DNA of 64,000 bases from Candidatus Bathyarchaeota archaeon (GTDB lineage: Archaea; Thermoproteota; Bathyarchaeia; Bathyarchaeales; Bathycorpusculaceae): NCBI GenBank assembly GCA_963701045.1, contig OY969560.1:871144-935143 (forward strand). The letters are read 5' to 3'. Numbering within the stretch: position 1 is the stretch's first letter; every line of letters begins with the position of its first letter. The notes beneath the pieces are model-generated. The model ran no database searches and had not been told where the DNA came from. It saw only the letters and a program-made list of their open reading frames with translations. A program made the position numbers and the translations under genes. This document shows, piece by piece, positions 29,484 to 38,490 of the stretch.

Positions 29484-31133
29484 TTGAATCTAACTTCACT
29501 ATTAAAATGGGTTAAGGGTGGTTTAAACAAGTGGCGAATAGCCTTCTTAATTTTTGCCGCCATTTATGCGACCTTTCTGATTTTTAACCTCTCATACATG
29601 TCTGCGCAATGGGATGAAGTAGTCCATCTCGACGGTGGTCTCTTTCTTCTAAGAGGTAACATTCATCAATTCCAAGCTTGGAATTCTTTCTACCCGCCAA
29701 TGTATGACTTCTTAACGACAGGTTTCTTTGCAGTAGGCGGCGCAAGTCTGTTTATGGGCAGGTTTGTATCGGTAGTTTTTTCGCTTCTTTCGGTGTATGC
29801 TGTCTTTGAGTTTACTCACCGCATATATAATCCTAAAACGGCACTGCTTGCCAGTATCATGCTTGCTGTAATGCCTGGTTACGTTTGGCTTAGCAGAGTA
29901 GCGATGATCGAAACAACACTGATATTCTTTTTTACCGTTTCTACTCTGTTCTTTTTCCTTTGGCTAAAAGAGCATAAAAACAAATTTTTCATTTTGAGCG
30001 CAGTCACTTTTATTTTTGGTGTGTTAACAAAATACCAGACTGTGATTGTAGGTATTATTGCAATTGCTGCACTTGCTTTTTTGGGCAGAAATTATCTAAT
30101 GCAGAAGTTTCGTACAATTCCTCGCTTAATCCTTGGTGTTGTGGTTGTGGCGGTGCTGCTGATTCTATTTTTGTATTGGTACTATTCAGCTGGGATGATG
30201 AACCAATGGTTGTATGCAATGAACATTGGAAATCCTGATAAGACGGTGTATAGCACAGGACTTAATCGTTTTCCAGCATGGTTTGATCCTCTTCCTAGCT
30301 GGATTCAACTACCTATTTTCTATTTGATTGAGATAGTGCAACCCTACCCAAGTATTCATCCAATTTCGCTTGTTCTCTACGCTATTGGATTGGCGGGTCT
30401 AGCTATGTTGGCATTGCGTCGAAAACCGGAAGATAAGTACTTACTTATCTGGTTTGTTGTCGTGTATGTTTTTTTCACAGCTATACCGAATAGGCAGTGG
30501 CGTTATTTGGTACCGCTTTTTGCTGTGCTAGCGATATCTGGTGCAAATTTGGTTACATCTGCTTTAAGTAAAGGGCAAAAAACCTGGAATACTCCAAAGT
30601 TAAGCCTGAAAAAGAAACGGATACTGCAGTTTGCATCAGTTCTTTTGATAATTTCAACTCTAGGAGGTGTGGCTTACAGCGTGAATGATGCTTACACATG
30701 GGTTGCTAGTGACCAAATCAGCATACCGATCCAAGAAACTGCAAACTACCTTGGTAATCACCTAGCTCAAAATCAGTCGGCGGTCATTGTCTGCGCTTTC
30801 AACCTTTTAGACCAAGATCTGTTTCAATTTTATTTACCTGCAACTGCGCCTATTAGTCAAGTTTGGCAATATCCTGATATGCCTGTTGATACTTACCCAC
30901 CCAACTTTAACATTACAGAATTCGTTAACCTTTGTGAACAGCGTAACGTAAAATACATGATTCTTTACGATTACGGTGCTAATTCGCCATTTTACAACTC
31001 AACTTTAACTTATTCTAATGTTCTGGAAATGATCTATGCCACAAATAGGTTTGGGGTTTCAGCGGATCAACCTAACTTTGGTACTATGCCACATAGAATT
31101 TTTCTTGTCCGCTTTAATCAAACCCAAACTTAA
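29484..31133 (+). CDS. GT-C fold (PMT/ArnT-like) membrane glycosyltransferase
   Basis: WDEVVH, YPPMY, GRFVSV, LTKY, RYLVP, many TM helices. Confidence 0.85.
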   Translation: MNLTSLLKWVKGGLNKWRIAFLIFAAIYATFLIFNLSYMSAQWDEVVHLDGGLFLLRGNIHQFQAWNSFYPPMYDFLTTGFFAVGGASLFMGRFVSVVFSLLSVYAVFEFTHRIYNPKTALLASIMLAVMPGYVWLSRVAMIETTLIFFFTVSTLFFFLWLKEHKNKFFILSAVTFIFGVLTKYQTVIVGIIAIAALAFLGRNYLMQKFRTIPRLILGVVVVAVLLILFLYWYYSAGMMNQWLYAMNIGNPDKTVYSTGLNRFPAWFDPLPSWIQLPIFYLIEIVQPYPSIHPISLVLYAIGLAGLAMLALRRKPEDKYLLIWFVVVYVFFTAIPNRQWRYLVPLFAVLAISGANLVTSALSKGQKTWNTPKLSLKKKRILQFASVLLIISTLGGVAYSVNDAYTWVASDQISIPIQETANYLGNHLAQNQSAVIVCAFNLLDQDLFQFYLPATAPISQVWQYPDMPVDTYPPNFNITEFVNLCEQRNVKYMILYDYGANSPFYNSTLTYSNVLEMIYATNRFGVSADQPNFGTMPHRIFLVRFNQTQT

Positions 31134-31585
31134 CCTAGTTCTAAGACTTCAAAACTTGTATCCTTATTTTTCGCTCTTCGTGCAGAAGAACCTGTTAACT
31201 CTAAAATAACAACTTCTCCAATTAGCCAAACATTAACACCTTTTCGGACGCAGCCTGTTATAGCCTGTTCGTTTCTTCCAAAACTAGCATGCATATGCAG
31301 CTTAGGTGTACCTTGTCCGTTTGTAAAGATGGTTCCAACACCTGCCGCTTCATGTGCTCCTTTCAAAAGCGTCACCATTGGATCAATCGTACATGCTTTG
31401 CCATCTTTAGGTCCAACGACAACTTTACTCTCGTCATCTGCTCCACCTAAAAAGAAGCAGAGCGCACTTGCAACTTGTTTTTCAGAAGCAAATTTCTCAA
31501 TAACCTCATGCAATACATCGTCTTGATGCAGTCGGAGAATGAAGATTCTTCCAAGTTTCGCTTCTGTGAACTCCATATCTTTCAT
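31130..31585 (-). CDS. PPC/DUF296 domain protein
   Basis: RIFILRL, GVGTIF, LHMHASFG, EVVILE. Confidence 0.85.
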   Translation of the reverse strand: MKDMEFTEAKLGRIFILRLHQDDVLHEVIEKFASEKQVASALCFFLGGADDESKVVVGPKDGKACTIDPMVTLLKGAHEAAGVGTIFTNGQGTPKLHMHASFGRNEQAITGCVRKGVNVWLIGEVVILELTGSSARRAKNKDTSFEVLELG

Positions 31586-31668
31586 CTCTATTGTTTAAAG
31601 CGGATAAAAATCTACTATAAAAGAGTTAAAGCTACAAAAGTTTTTTTTTAAAGATACTGATAAGTGCT

Positions 31669-31803
31669 TTATATTCTGTTTATGTAGAGTGTTTTTTTTG
31701 CTTCTTCTTTTGATTTTTTTGAGGGCACGCTAACTGTGACAACTGCATTTGCCGTGGTTGCTTGGCAGTTTATTGGGTGTCCTGTGATTTTTCTCTGTGA
31801 CAT
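31669..31803 (-). CDS. Putative 44-aa small protein
   Basis: Not in the ORF track. MSQRKITGHPINCQATTANAVVTVSVPSKKSKEEAKKTLYINRI with a GAGGT RBS and a TTTATAAG TATA box upstream. Confidence 0.5.
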   Translation of the reverse strand: MSQRKITGHPINCQATTANAVVTVSVPSKKSKEEAKKTLYINRI

Positions 31804-31951
31804 ATTTTCGACCTCTTGGAGAGTCCCAGCATTATTAAAGTAAGCTTATAAACGTTATCCCAGTTGCAAGCGGTTTAATCTGTACCAATAAAATTATCAC
31901 TCACAAGCCAAATCGCAAGAAACTGTTTAAAGTAAGAAAACAAACTTTAAT

Positions 31952-32542
31952 TTAACGTCCAAATCGCTTGCCTTTCCAAACATCTGCGTCATCATTGTAG
32001 CCGCGGCGTTCCCAAAAACCAAGATTTTTGGTGCGAGTAAATTGCAAATGCGTCACCCACAAGGCGCTTTTGTATGCATATTTGCTTGGAACTATTAACC
32101 GAATGGGAAAACCTAGTCCCTCCTCCAAAGGCTCATTGTTAAGTTTGTAGGCTAACAGAATATCGTTGCCTGCAAGTTCCTCGCGGAAAATTGAAGTCGT
32201 ATATGAGTCAGCTGATTCAAAAGTTATTGCTTTCGCAACAGCTTTAGGTTTAACCAATTTCTCGATCTCTCGCATATGAATTCCTTCCCATTTGCAATCC
32301 AATACACTCCAGCCCTCGACACAGTGGAAATCGCTAACTGAGACTGTTTTTGGCAGCTTCATAAGGTCATTCCAGTTTAGCGTCTTGGGATTTTCTACTT
32401 CGCCATCAACTGTCATTGCGTAAGTTTCCAATTTTAGATGCGGGTTAGATGAGATTATTCCTGGATGATCAATGCCCCAACGCAAAATCTGGCCTGTCAC
32501 TGTTTGACCAGGCGGCAACTTCCTATTCTTTGAATTAGACAA
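31952..32542 (-). CDS. Sulfite-oxidase-like molybdopterin-binding oxidoreductase (MsrP-like)
   Basis: LPPGQ, DFHCVEGWS, WEG, GFPIRLIVP..YAYKSALW, GFWERRGY. Confidence 0.9.
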   Translation of the reverse strand: MSNSKNRKLPPGQTVTGQILRWGIDHPGIISSNPHLKLETYAMTVDGEVENPKTLNWNDLMKLPKTVSVSDFHCVEGWSVLDCKWEGIHMREIEKLVKPKAVAKAITFESADSYTTSIFREELAGNDILLAYKLNNEPLEEGLGFPIRLIVPSKYAYKSALWVTHLQFTRTKNLGFWERRGYNDDADVWKGKRFGR

Positions 32543-32599
32543 AAAGATATCCCTAATAAAAGAATAACTAACCTTGGAGAAAAAGTTTACCTTTAAGTG

Positions 32600-33700
32600 T
32601 TATGTTTGGAAAAAACTGGTTAGCTGTTTCTGCTGTCGCTCTTCTTTAACAAAGCTTCCGATTCGCACGCCAACCCGCCGGATTTCAATTTCGGTTTCCG
32701 CAAGATATTTCTCGAAGAGTTCCCTTGCGGCCTTTTGGATTGTTTCTTTATCTTTTGCTGGTTTCTCAAGGGTTTTGGATCGGCTCTTACCTGAAAGATT
32801 CGCCATAACAGCGCTGATACCAACGAGGCGGTAGCTGAGATTTTTTGTGGCGGCTTCTTTGTAAATGTCCTCAATTTGCTCTTGGATTTTTTCCATTATT
32901 ACTTCAATGTCTCGTGTATCTTGCTTGAGTGTTCCCATTCTTCCGATTGAACCGGCTTCTCCTGTTTCCTGAACAGGTTCATTGTCAATTCCTCGTGCGG
33001 CATTGAAAAAGTAAATTCCTGAAACTTTCCCGAAGATGGCAACCAGCTTCTGAATGTCAACATCTTCTAGATCACCGATGGTTTTGACACCAATTAAGTC
33101 AAGTCGAGCTCCGATTTTATGTCCCACTCCCAAGAGACGTCCAACAGGCAATGGCGAGAGAAAACATCCAACCTCATCTGGTCTAATTATGGTTAATCCA
33201 TTTGGTTTTTGGCTGTCACATGCAATCTTGGAGATAAGTTTGTTTGGACCTATACCAACTGTGAAGGAGATGCCGACCTCTGCTTTGACTTGTGTTTTCA
33301 TTTTTTCCGCGTGGTCTTTTGCTTTTTCAAAGCTGTTTTCGACCTGCTCTGTGACATCCATGTATGCTTCATCCACACTTACTTGCTCCAGATTTGTTGC
33401 ATATCTACGGAAAATGTTCATTATGCGTTCGCTTATTTGGTCGTAGTAAAGGTGGTCAACTGGGAGAAAAATTGCTTCAGTACCTTCAAGCTTTTTTTGT
33501 GCCAGAAAGAGAGGCATACCTGATTTTACTCCATATTTTCGTGCGATATAGTTGCTTGTGCTTACTGCACCGCTTATTTCTGTACGTCCCGAGTAAACGC
33601 CGACCACAACGGGTTTATCTTTGAGGCTAGGGTTTCGCAGTTCTTCACATTGGGCAAAGAAATAATCGAAATCCGCAAGCATAACTACTCTGTTTTGCGC
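32600..33700 (-). CDS. dinB: Y-family DNA polymerase IV (DinB/Dpo4)
   Basis: DFDYFFAQ, NYIARKYGVKSGMP, SVDEAY, K..SKIACDSQKPNG, RRVGVR; frame open to 33700, first ATG at 33682. Confidence 0.95.
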   Translation of the reverse strand, partial: AQNRVVMLADFDYFFAQCEELRNPSLKDKPVVVGVYSGRTEISGAVSTSNYIARKYGVKSGMPLFLAQKKLEGTEAIFLPVDHLYYDQISERIMNIFRRYATNLEQVSVDEAYMDVTEQVENSFEKAKDHAEKMKTQVKAEVGISFTVGIGPNKLISKIACDSQKPNGLTIIRPDEVGCFLSPLPVGRLLGVGHKIGARLDLIGVKTIGDLEDVDIQKLVAIFGKVSGIYFFNAARGIDNEPVQETGEAGSIGRMGTLKQDTRDIEVIMEKIQEQIEDIYKEAATKNLSYRLVGISAVMANLSGKSRSKTLEKPAKDKETIQKAARELFEKYLAETEIEIRRVGVRIGSFVKEERQQKQLTSFFQT

Positions 33701-33703
33701 TTT

Positions 33704-34579
33704 TTAGCCTCCTTTTGCTTTTTGCATAAGCCATGAGCCATCGCAGGGCGCCGTGTTAAGCTGTGCTAAGCCTTCTCGGCAAACACCAAACTTCATTCCC
33801 TGGGCCTCCGCCAAGTCACGGATGCTTTTCATAAGTTTATAGCGCAGGTCTTTGGGTAAAAGTGTGTTGCCACCAACTCGTTCGCCCTGCTGAAAATAGA
33901 GTGGTTTTAATTTTTCGGCTACTTGTGGCATTGCTTGACAAAGGCGCATCCAGTTGTCAGCTTTAGCTTTGTATGTTGAGGCTGTTATATGTTTGACGCC
34001 TATACTTGCTAGTTCGGAAATGAGTTTTATGGGTAGGTCGTTGACTGAGAAGATAATTGGGTCGATTCGAACTGAGACGGGAATGCCTACCTTGATTAGG
34101 TCTTGTATTGCTCTTAGTCTTTGTGAGGGCGCTGGTGCGTGTGGTTCGAGCAGTTTTGCTAAATTGTCGTCTTCAGTTGTTATGGTTAAAGCTACTGTTG
34201 ATGGTATTTTTGATAATAAGTCGTCGTCTCGGGCTACGAGGTTGCTCTTAGTAATAATTTGCACTTTGCATTTGCTGACTGCAAGAATTTCAAGACATCG
34301 CCTTGTTAATCCTTCAGAGACTTCAGCGCGTGGGTAAGGATCAGATGAGTTGGCAATTGAGATGGTTTCCCCTTTCAGTTTTGTCGCTTCACGTTTTAGC
34401 TGCGCAAGAAGTTCTTTTTTAGGTCTGATATCTTTGAAGTGGGGAATGTAACCTGTGGCGTAGCAATAGATGCATTGGTGGTCACATCCAGTATATGGAT
34501 TAAAGGTTAGTTTAGGTGGGCAGGTGCAAAGGCCAGAACGCCAAGGATCAAAGCTTGTGATTAAAGGCACAAATTCCAC
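33704..34579 (-). CDS. SplB-like (spore photoproduct lyase family) radical SAM protein
   Basis: FDPW..LCTCP, NPYTGCDHQCIYCY, SSDPYP..E, ITKS, EP.AP.P..RL, RIDPI, CREG. Confidence 0.85.
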   Translation of the reverse strand: MEFVPLITSFDPWRSGLCTCPPKLTFNPYTGCDHQCIYCYATGYIPHFKDIRPKKELLAQLKREATKLKGETISIANSSDPYPRAEVSEGLTRRCLEILAVSKCKVQIITKSNLVARDDDLLSKIPSTVALTITTEDDNLAKLLEPHAPAPSQRLRAIQDLIKVGIPVSVRIDPIIFSVNDLPIKLISELASIGVKHITASTYKAKADNWMRLCQAMPQVAEKLKPLYFQQGERVGGNTLLPKDLRYKLMKSIRDLAEAQGMKFGVCREGLAQLNTAPCDGSWLMQKAKGG

Positions 34580-34650
34580 AATGGGACTCTATGGACGTAA
34601 GTTAAACTAAAACTTTCCCAACAAAAAGGGGAAAAATGGGAGTTTATCCC

Positions 34651-34941
34651 CTAAGAAAGAGAGAAGATTTGTGCACCCGCATACTGTTTTTGCAACATGG
34701 ATGATTTGGTCGTGTTCAGCTGATCAGGAAATAGGTTTGTCGTCAAGCTAATGTCTTCTGCATGTGTTTTATAGTTCTGATTTGTGATCAACGGATGGTT
34801 TGATTGATTGGGCTTTGGAATTGAAAGCAATGTTAATGCCTCCTTGTTTGAAGGGGATTGGGGAGAATGAACAGGAGACATTACCAATGCTAGCAGGCAA
34901 ATTAGAACAGTTTTTAGCAGGTTGCAGACGTTTTTTGGCAT
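34651..34941 (-). CDS. Hypothetical small protein (alternative start TTG 34830)
   Basis: ATG 34941 with GAGGT RBS; in-frame TTG 34830 with AAGGAGG RBS; no recognisable domain. Confidence 0.4.
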   Translation of the reverse strand: MPKNVCNLLKTVLICLLALVMSPVHSPQSPSNKEALTLLSIPKPNQSNHPLITNQNYKTHAEDISLTTNLFPDQLNTTKSSMLQKQYAGAQIFSLS

Positions 34942-35012
34942 TAGTATTACCTCAATTTTTCTGCTGTGCGTGCACATTACCCCCTGCATCTTTTGTGTGT
35001 AAAAGCATTTTC

Positions 35013-35052
35013 GTCAAGAAATTTTGACTTGACTCCGTCAAGGTTTCTTGAC
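35013..35052. promoter_or_regulatory. Tandem 16-bp palindromes (GTCAAG-N4-YTTGAC), candidate operator or hairpin
   Basis: GTCAAGAAATTTTGAC (35013-35028) and GTCAAGGTTTCTTGAC (35037-35052). Confidence 0.6.
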
Positions 35053-35214
35053 TAAAAACTTCGCTGTATTTTCCAGTTTTTTTAACTTAGAAATTTAGGA
35101 AATTCCTCAAAAATATGTTATTTGTGCAATTGATATTTGACGCCATAATCCTACTCATCTCCAAAGTGCAACGTATATTAAAAAATCTTTGTCAAGACAA
35201 ACTGGTGATTAGAC

Positions 35215-35360
35215 TTTTCTTCTTCTTTGGTGTTGTGGTAGTGATTTTGCGTTTTTTGAAAGTTGTGTGTTGAGTTATGTTTTCATTTTGCGTTATTTTT
35301 TAGGTTTCTTTAGTTGTGCTGTAATGCAAAAACGTTTTTTCAAACATGGTTGTAGTGCAT
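35215..35360 (-). repeat. A/C-rich dispersed repeat, copy D
   Basis: Reverse complement is colinear with 4515-4660, including exact 14- and 26-mers. Confidence 0.8.
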
Positions 35361-35361
35361 C

Positions 35362-35657
35362 AATACCGCAAAATCAGGGACAATTGGAACAACTTCAATT
35401 ACTCCAGCAATCAAACATCCAGTCAAATTTTTACAACCTTTCATTGTCAAAACAAAGGCGGTTTTGACGTTAGTTTCACTGTTCTATTAACATTAACTAA
35501 CGCACGTTTTAATCAAACTAATAATCAATCATACAAATTAGTCAATGACACAACAGCCAAAATATCATTTAATTTGCATGGTCAAGAAAGAGCTGACACC
35601 GACGTTTATTTCTTAGTTGATAGCAACGCAATTTACTTTAAGATTTCAATTGCATAA
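35362..35657 (+). pseudogene. Fragment of a probable secreted, N-glycosylated protein lacking its 5' end
   Basis: Open frame with several NxS/T sequons and beta-strand pattern; its only ATG lies inside repeat copy D. Confidence 0.4.
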
Positions 35658-35733
35658 TGTTGAAAGATTCAAAGCAGTCTACATAATTCGAACTTAGAAA
35701 GTATTAAATTCACTTTGCTTTTACTACTATCCC

Positions 35734-37149
35734 ATGACAGGTTTTCTGGGGTATCTCAAAGCTGAAAACATGAGCCTTTTTACTGATTTTTATGAGTTAA
35801 CTATGTGTGCCAGTTACTTTGACAACAAAAACTTTGAGCCTGCGACATTTGACCTGTTCATACGGCGCCTGCCGGAAAACCGTTCCTATTTCCTTTTCGC
35901 CGGCTTACAAGAGGCCTTACTTTATCTTCAAAATATCAAATTCAACGATGAGCAGATATCTTACCTTAAAAACCAGGGGTTTAACCAAAGCTTTCTTGAT
36001 TACCTTCATAACTTCAAGTTTACTGGTGATGTCTATGCAGTTCCCGAGGGTACTGTAGTTTTTCCTAATGAGCCTCTAATACGAATAACTGCTCCAATTA
36101 TTGAGGCACAGTTAGTGGAGACTTTTTTGCTTAACTCAATTAACCTGCAAACAATGATCGCGACTAAAGCTTCGAGGGTGGTGCATTCGGCAAAGGGTAA
36201 ATCGGTTATTGAATTTGGTTTAAGGCGGGAACATGGCATTGATGCTGGTGTGAAAGTGGCTAGAAGCAGCTACATTGCTGGTTGCCAAGGCACAAGCAAC
36301 GTTCTCGCTGGGCAAACCTATAACCTGCCTGTATTTGGAACCATGGCTCATTCATTTATCATGTCTTACCCCAAAGAAATCGATGCTTTCCGTGCATTTG
36401 CAAAAACCTTCCCTGATAAATCAACGCTTCTAATAGACACGTACAATGATGTTTCAGGTGCAGAAAAAGCAGTCCTTGTAGGCAAGGAGCTTGAATCAAA
36501 AGGTCATAAACTCGGTGGAGTTCGTTTAGACAGCGGTGACTTGGCAAAAAGCAGTCAGAAAATCCGCAAAATCCTTGATAAACAGGGCTTAAGTTACGCT
36601 AAGATTTTTGTAAGTGGCGACTTGGATGAGTACAAGATTGCGTCACTCTTAGAACAAGGCGCTAAAATTGATATGTTTGGTGTTGGAACAAAAATGGGTA
36701 CTTCTTCTGATAAGCCGTATTTGGATGTAATTTACAAGCTCTGTGAAACCATGAACTCTGACGGTAGTTTTGTGCCTATTATGAAGCTTAGTGAGGAGAA
36801 AAGTACGTTACCCGGTCGCAAGCAAGTGTATCGTTTCAAAAACCAAGAAGGCATAATGGAAAAAGACGTTATTGCATTAGCTGACGAACACGTGCAGGGA
36901 GAGGGGTTGCTTGCTAAAGTTATGGAAAAAGGCAAACTAATCTACAATTTTCCAACACTGAATGATGTTCGAGCCCATGCATCGGAGAACTTATCTAAGC
37001 TTCCAGAGCGGTATAGGGCTTTAACGCATGCACCAGTTTACCCCATAGAAATAAGCCATAACCTTCAGAGTTTGATCAAAAAAATTAGACGCCAACTTAC
37101 TGTCAACGAAATTAACGATACCAAGCCAAAGCTGGAAAGCTCAAAATGA
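35734..37149 (+). CDS. pncB: Nicotinate phosphoribosyltransferase
   Basis: TDFYELTM, EFGLRR, TSNV, GTMAHS, LIDTY, VRLDSGD, FGVGT. Confidence 0.95.
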   Translation: MTGFLGYLKAENMSLFTDFYELTMCASYFDNKNFEPATFDLFIRRLPENRSYFLFAGLQEALLYLQNIKFNDEQISYLKNQGFNQSFLDYLHNFKFTGDVYAVPEGTVVFPNEPLIRITAPIIEAQLVETFLLNSINLQTMIATKASRVVHSAKGKSVIEFGLRREHGIDAGVKVARSSYIAGCQGTSNVLAGQTYNLPVFGTMAHSFIMSYPKEIDAFRAFAKTFPDKSTLLIDTYNDVSGAEKAVLVGKELESKGHKLGGVRLDSGDLAKSSQKIRKILDKQGLSYAKIFVSGDLDEYKIASLLEQGAKIDMFGVGTKMGTSSDKPYLDVIYKLCETMNSDGSFVPIMKLSEEKSTLPGRKQVYRFKNQEGIMEKDVIALADEHVQGEGLLAKVMEKGKLIYNFPTLNDVRAHASENLSKLPERYRALTHAPVYPIEISHNLQSLIKKIRRQLTVNEINDTKPKLESSK

Positions 37150-37287
37150 CCTTTTTTATCAATAAAATCTCAAAAATTTCCTTCTTAGCTAATAATTGAA
37201 TTATTGTTGATTTACGTAAAATATGGCAAACACTTAATAGCCATTTCAGAAAAGGATAACTGCTATTCACAACGTGGAGACGTGACT

Positions 37288-38490
37288 TTGCAAAATCGTC
37301 CGGCTATAGTTGGCGTCGGCAGAACCAAGTTTGGGGAATTTTACGGAAAAGAACCCGAAAAACTTATAGAAGAAGCTTGGCTTGCCGCTTCAAATGAATG
37401 CAGCCTAGAACGCAAAGATTTAGAAGCATGTTACATGTCTGATTGTTTTCTTCCTATCACCAATAAGCTAGGTTTAGAGGAAGGGTTTCTCTCTGAACTT
37501 ACTGAACTTCATGTTCCAATGGAAGTAACTCGTTCTTTTAGTGCTGCCCTTTCGACTGCATGTAACGCCATACAAGCTGGTGTCTACAATACAGTCTTGG
37601 TGGGCGGCATAGAAAAAATGACGGATCGCTGGGACAAAATCCGAGACGACCTTATGCTTTTGGAGGATCCTTGGAGCTATTATGCAGGCTGTACTCCGGA
37701 AGCAAACCATGAACTTCTGTTAAGAGCCTACATTAAGAGGCATCAAATAAATGGCGAAGATTTAGAAAAACTAAACCATGCGCTTGCTTACATCTCAGTT
37801 AAAAATCATTCTAATGCAACCAAAAATAAGTATGCACAATACCATAGAAAAATCACTGTAGAGCAAGTTATAGCTGCACGAAAATCAGTTCATAAACCCT
37901 TAGGACTATACGATTTCGCCCCGATATCTGATGGCGCTTCAGCTCTAATTTTAACCAGTGATTCAAAAGCAAAAAAACTCAGCAAGAAACCAATTTACAT
38001 TTTAAGCTGCTGTTCAGCGACTGATTATCTCAATTATCCGGCAAGAGACGATCTTTCTCGGTTCGTTGCAGCTGAAATTGCAATGAAGAAAGCACTCCAA
38101 ATGGCAGAAACGTCTCTATCTAGCATACCTATCATTGAAGTTAATGACCAATCGACCATAATGGACTTGATTTCGCTTGAAGACTTAGGTTTTTACCCGC
38201 ACGGAACAGCATGGAAGAGCATTTACGAAAGCTATCAGAAAAACGATAATTATTATGAATTTGAAGGAAGGAAACTTTATGTTAACACTGACGGAGGCCT
38301 GAAAGCTAACGGTAACCCGCTTGGTGCATCTGGTGGAGCGCAAATTTATGAGATTTACAGACAACTTCGTGGCGAAGCTGAAGAACGTCAAGTTAAAATT
38401 AATGATTCATGCAGAAATGGTTGTGTAGTCGAGTTCGAAGGCTTTGGAACTAAGGCGTACTCTACAATTTTAGGAGAGAAAAAAGATTGA
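37288..38490 (+). CDS. Thiolase-fold (SCP2/archaeal acetoacetyl-CoA thiolase type) protein with degenerate catalytic motifs
   Basis: IVGVGRTKFGE, GGIEKM, VKNH.NA..N.YA, PISDGASA, VNTDGGLKA.G.P.GASG, QLRGEA..RQV. Confidence 0.88.
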   Translation: MQNRPAIVGVGRTKFGEFYGKEPEKLIEEAWLAASNECSLERKDLEACYMSDCFLPITNKLGLEEGFLSELTELHVPMEVTRSFSAALSTACNAIQAGVYNTVLVGGIEKMTDRWDKIRDDLMLLEDPWSYYAGCTPEANHELLLRAYIKRHQINGEDLEKLNHALAYISVKNHSNATKNKYAQYHRKITVEQVIAARKSVHKPLGLYDFAPISDGASALILTSDSKAKKLSKKPIYILSCCSATDYLNYPARDDLSRFVAAEIAMKKALQMAETSLSSIPIIEVNDQSTIMDLISLEDLGFYPHGTAWKSIYESYQKNDNYYEFEGRKLYVNTDGGLKANGNPLGASGGAQIYEIYRQLRGEAEERQVKINDSCRNGCVVEFEGFGTKAYSTILGEKKD

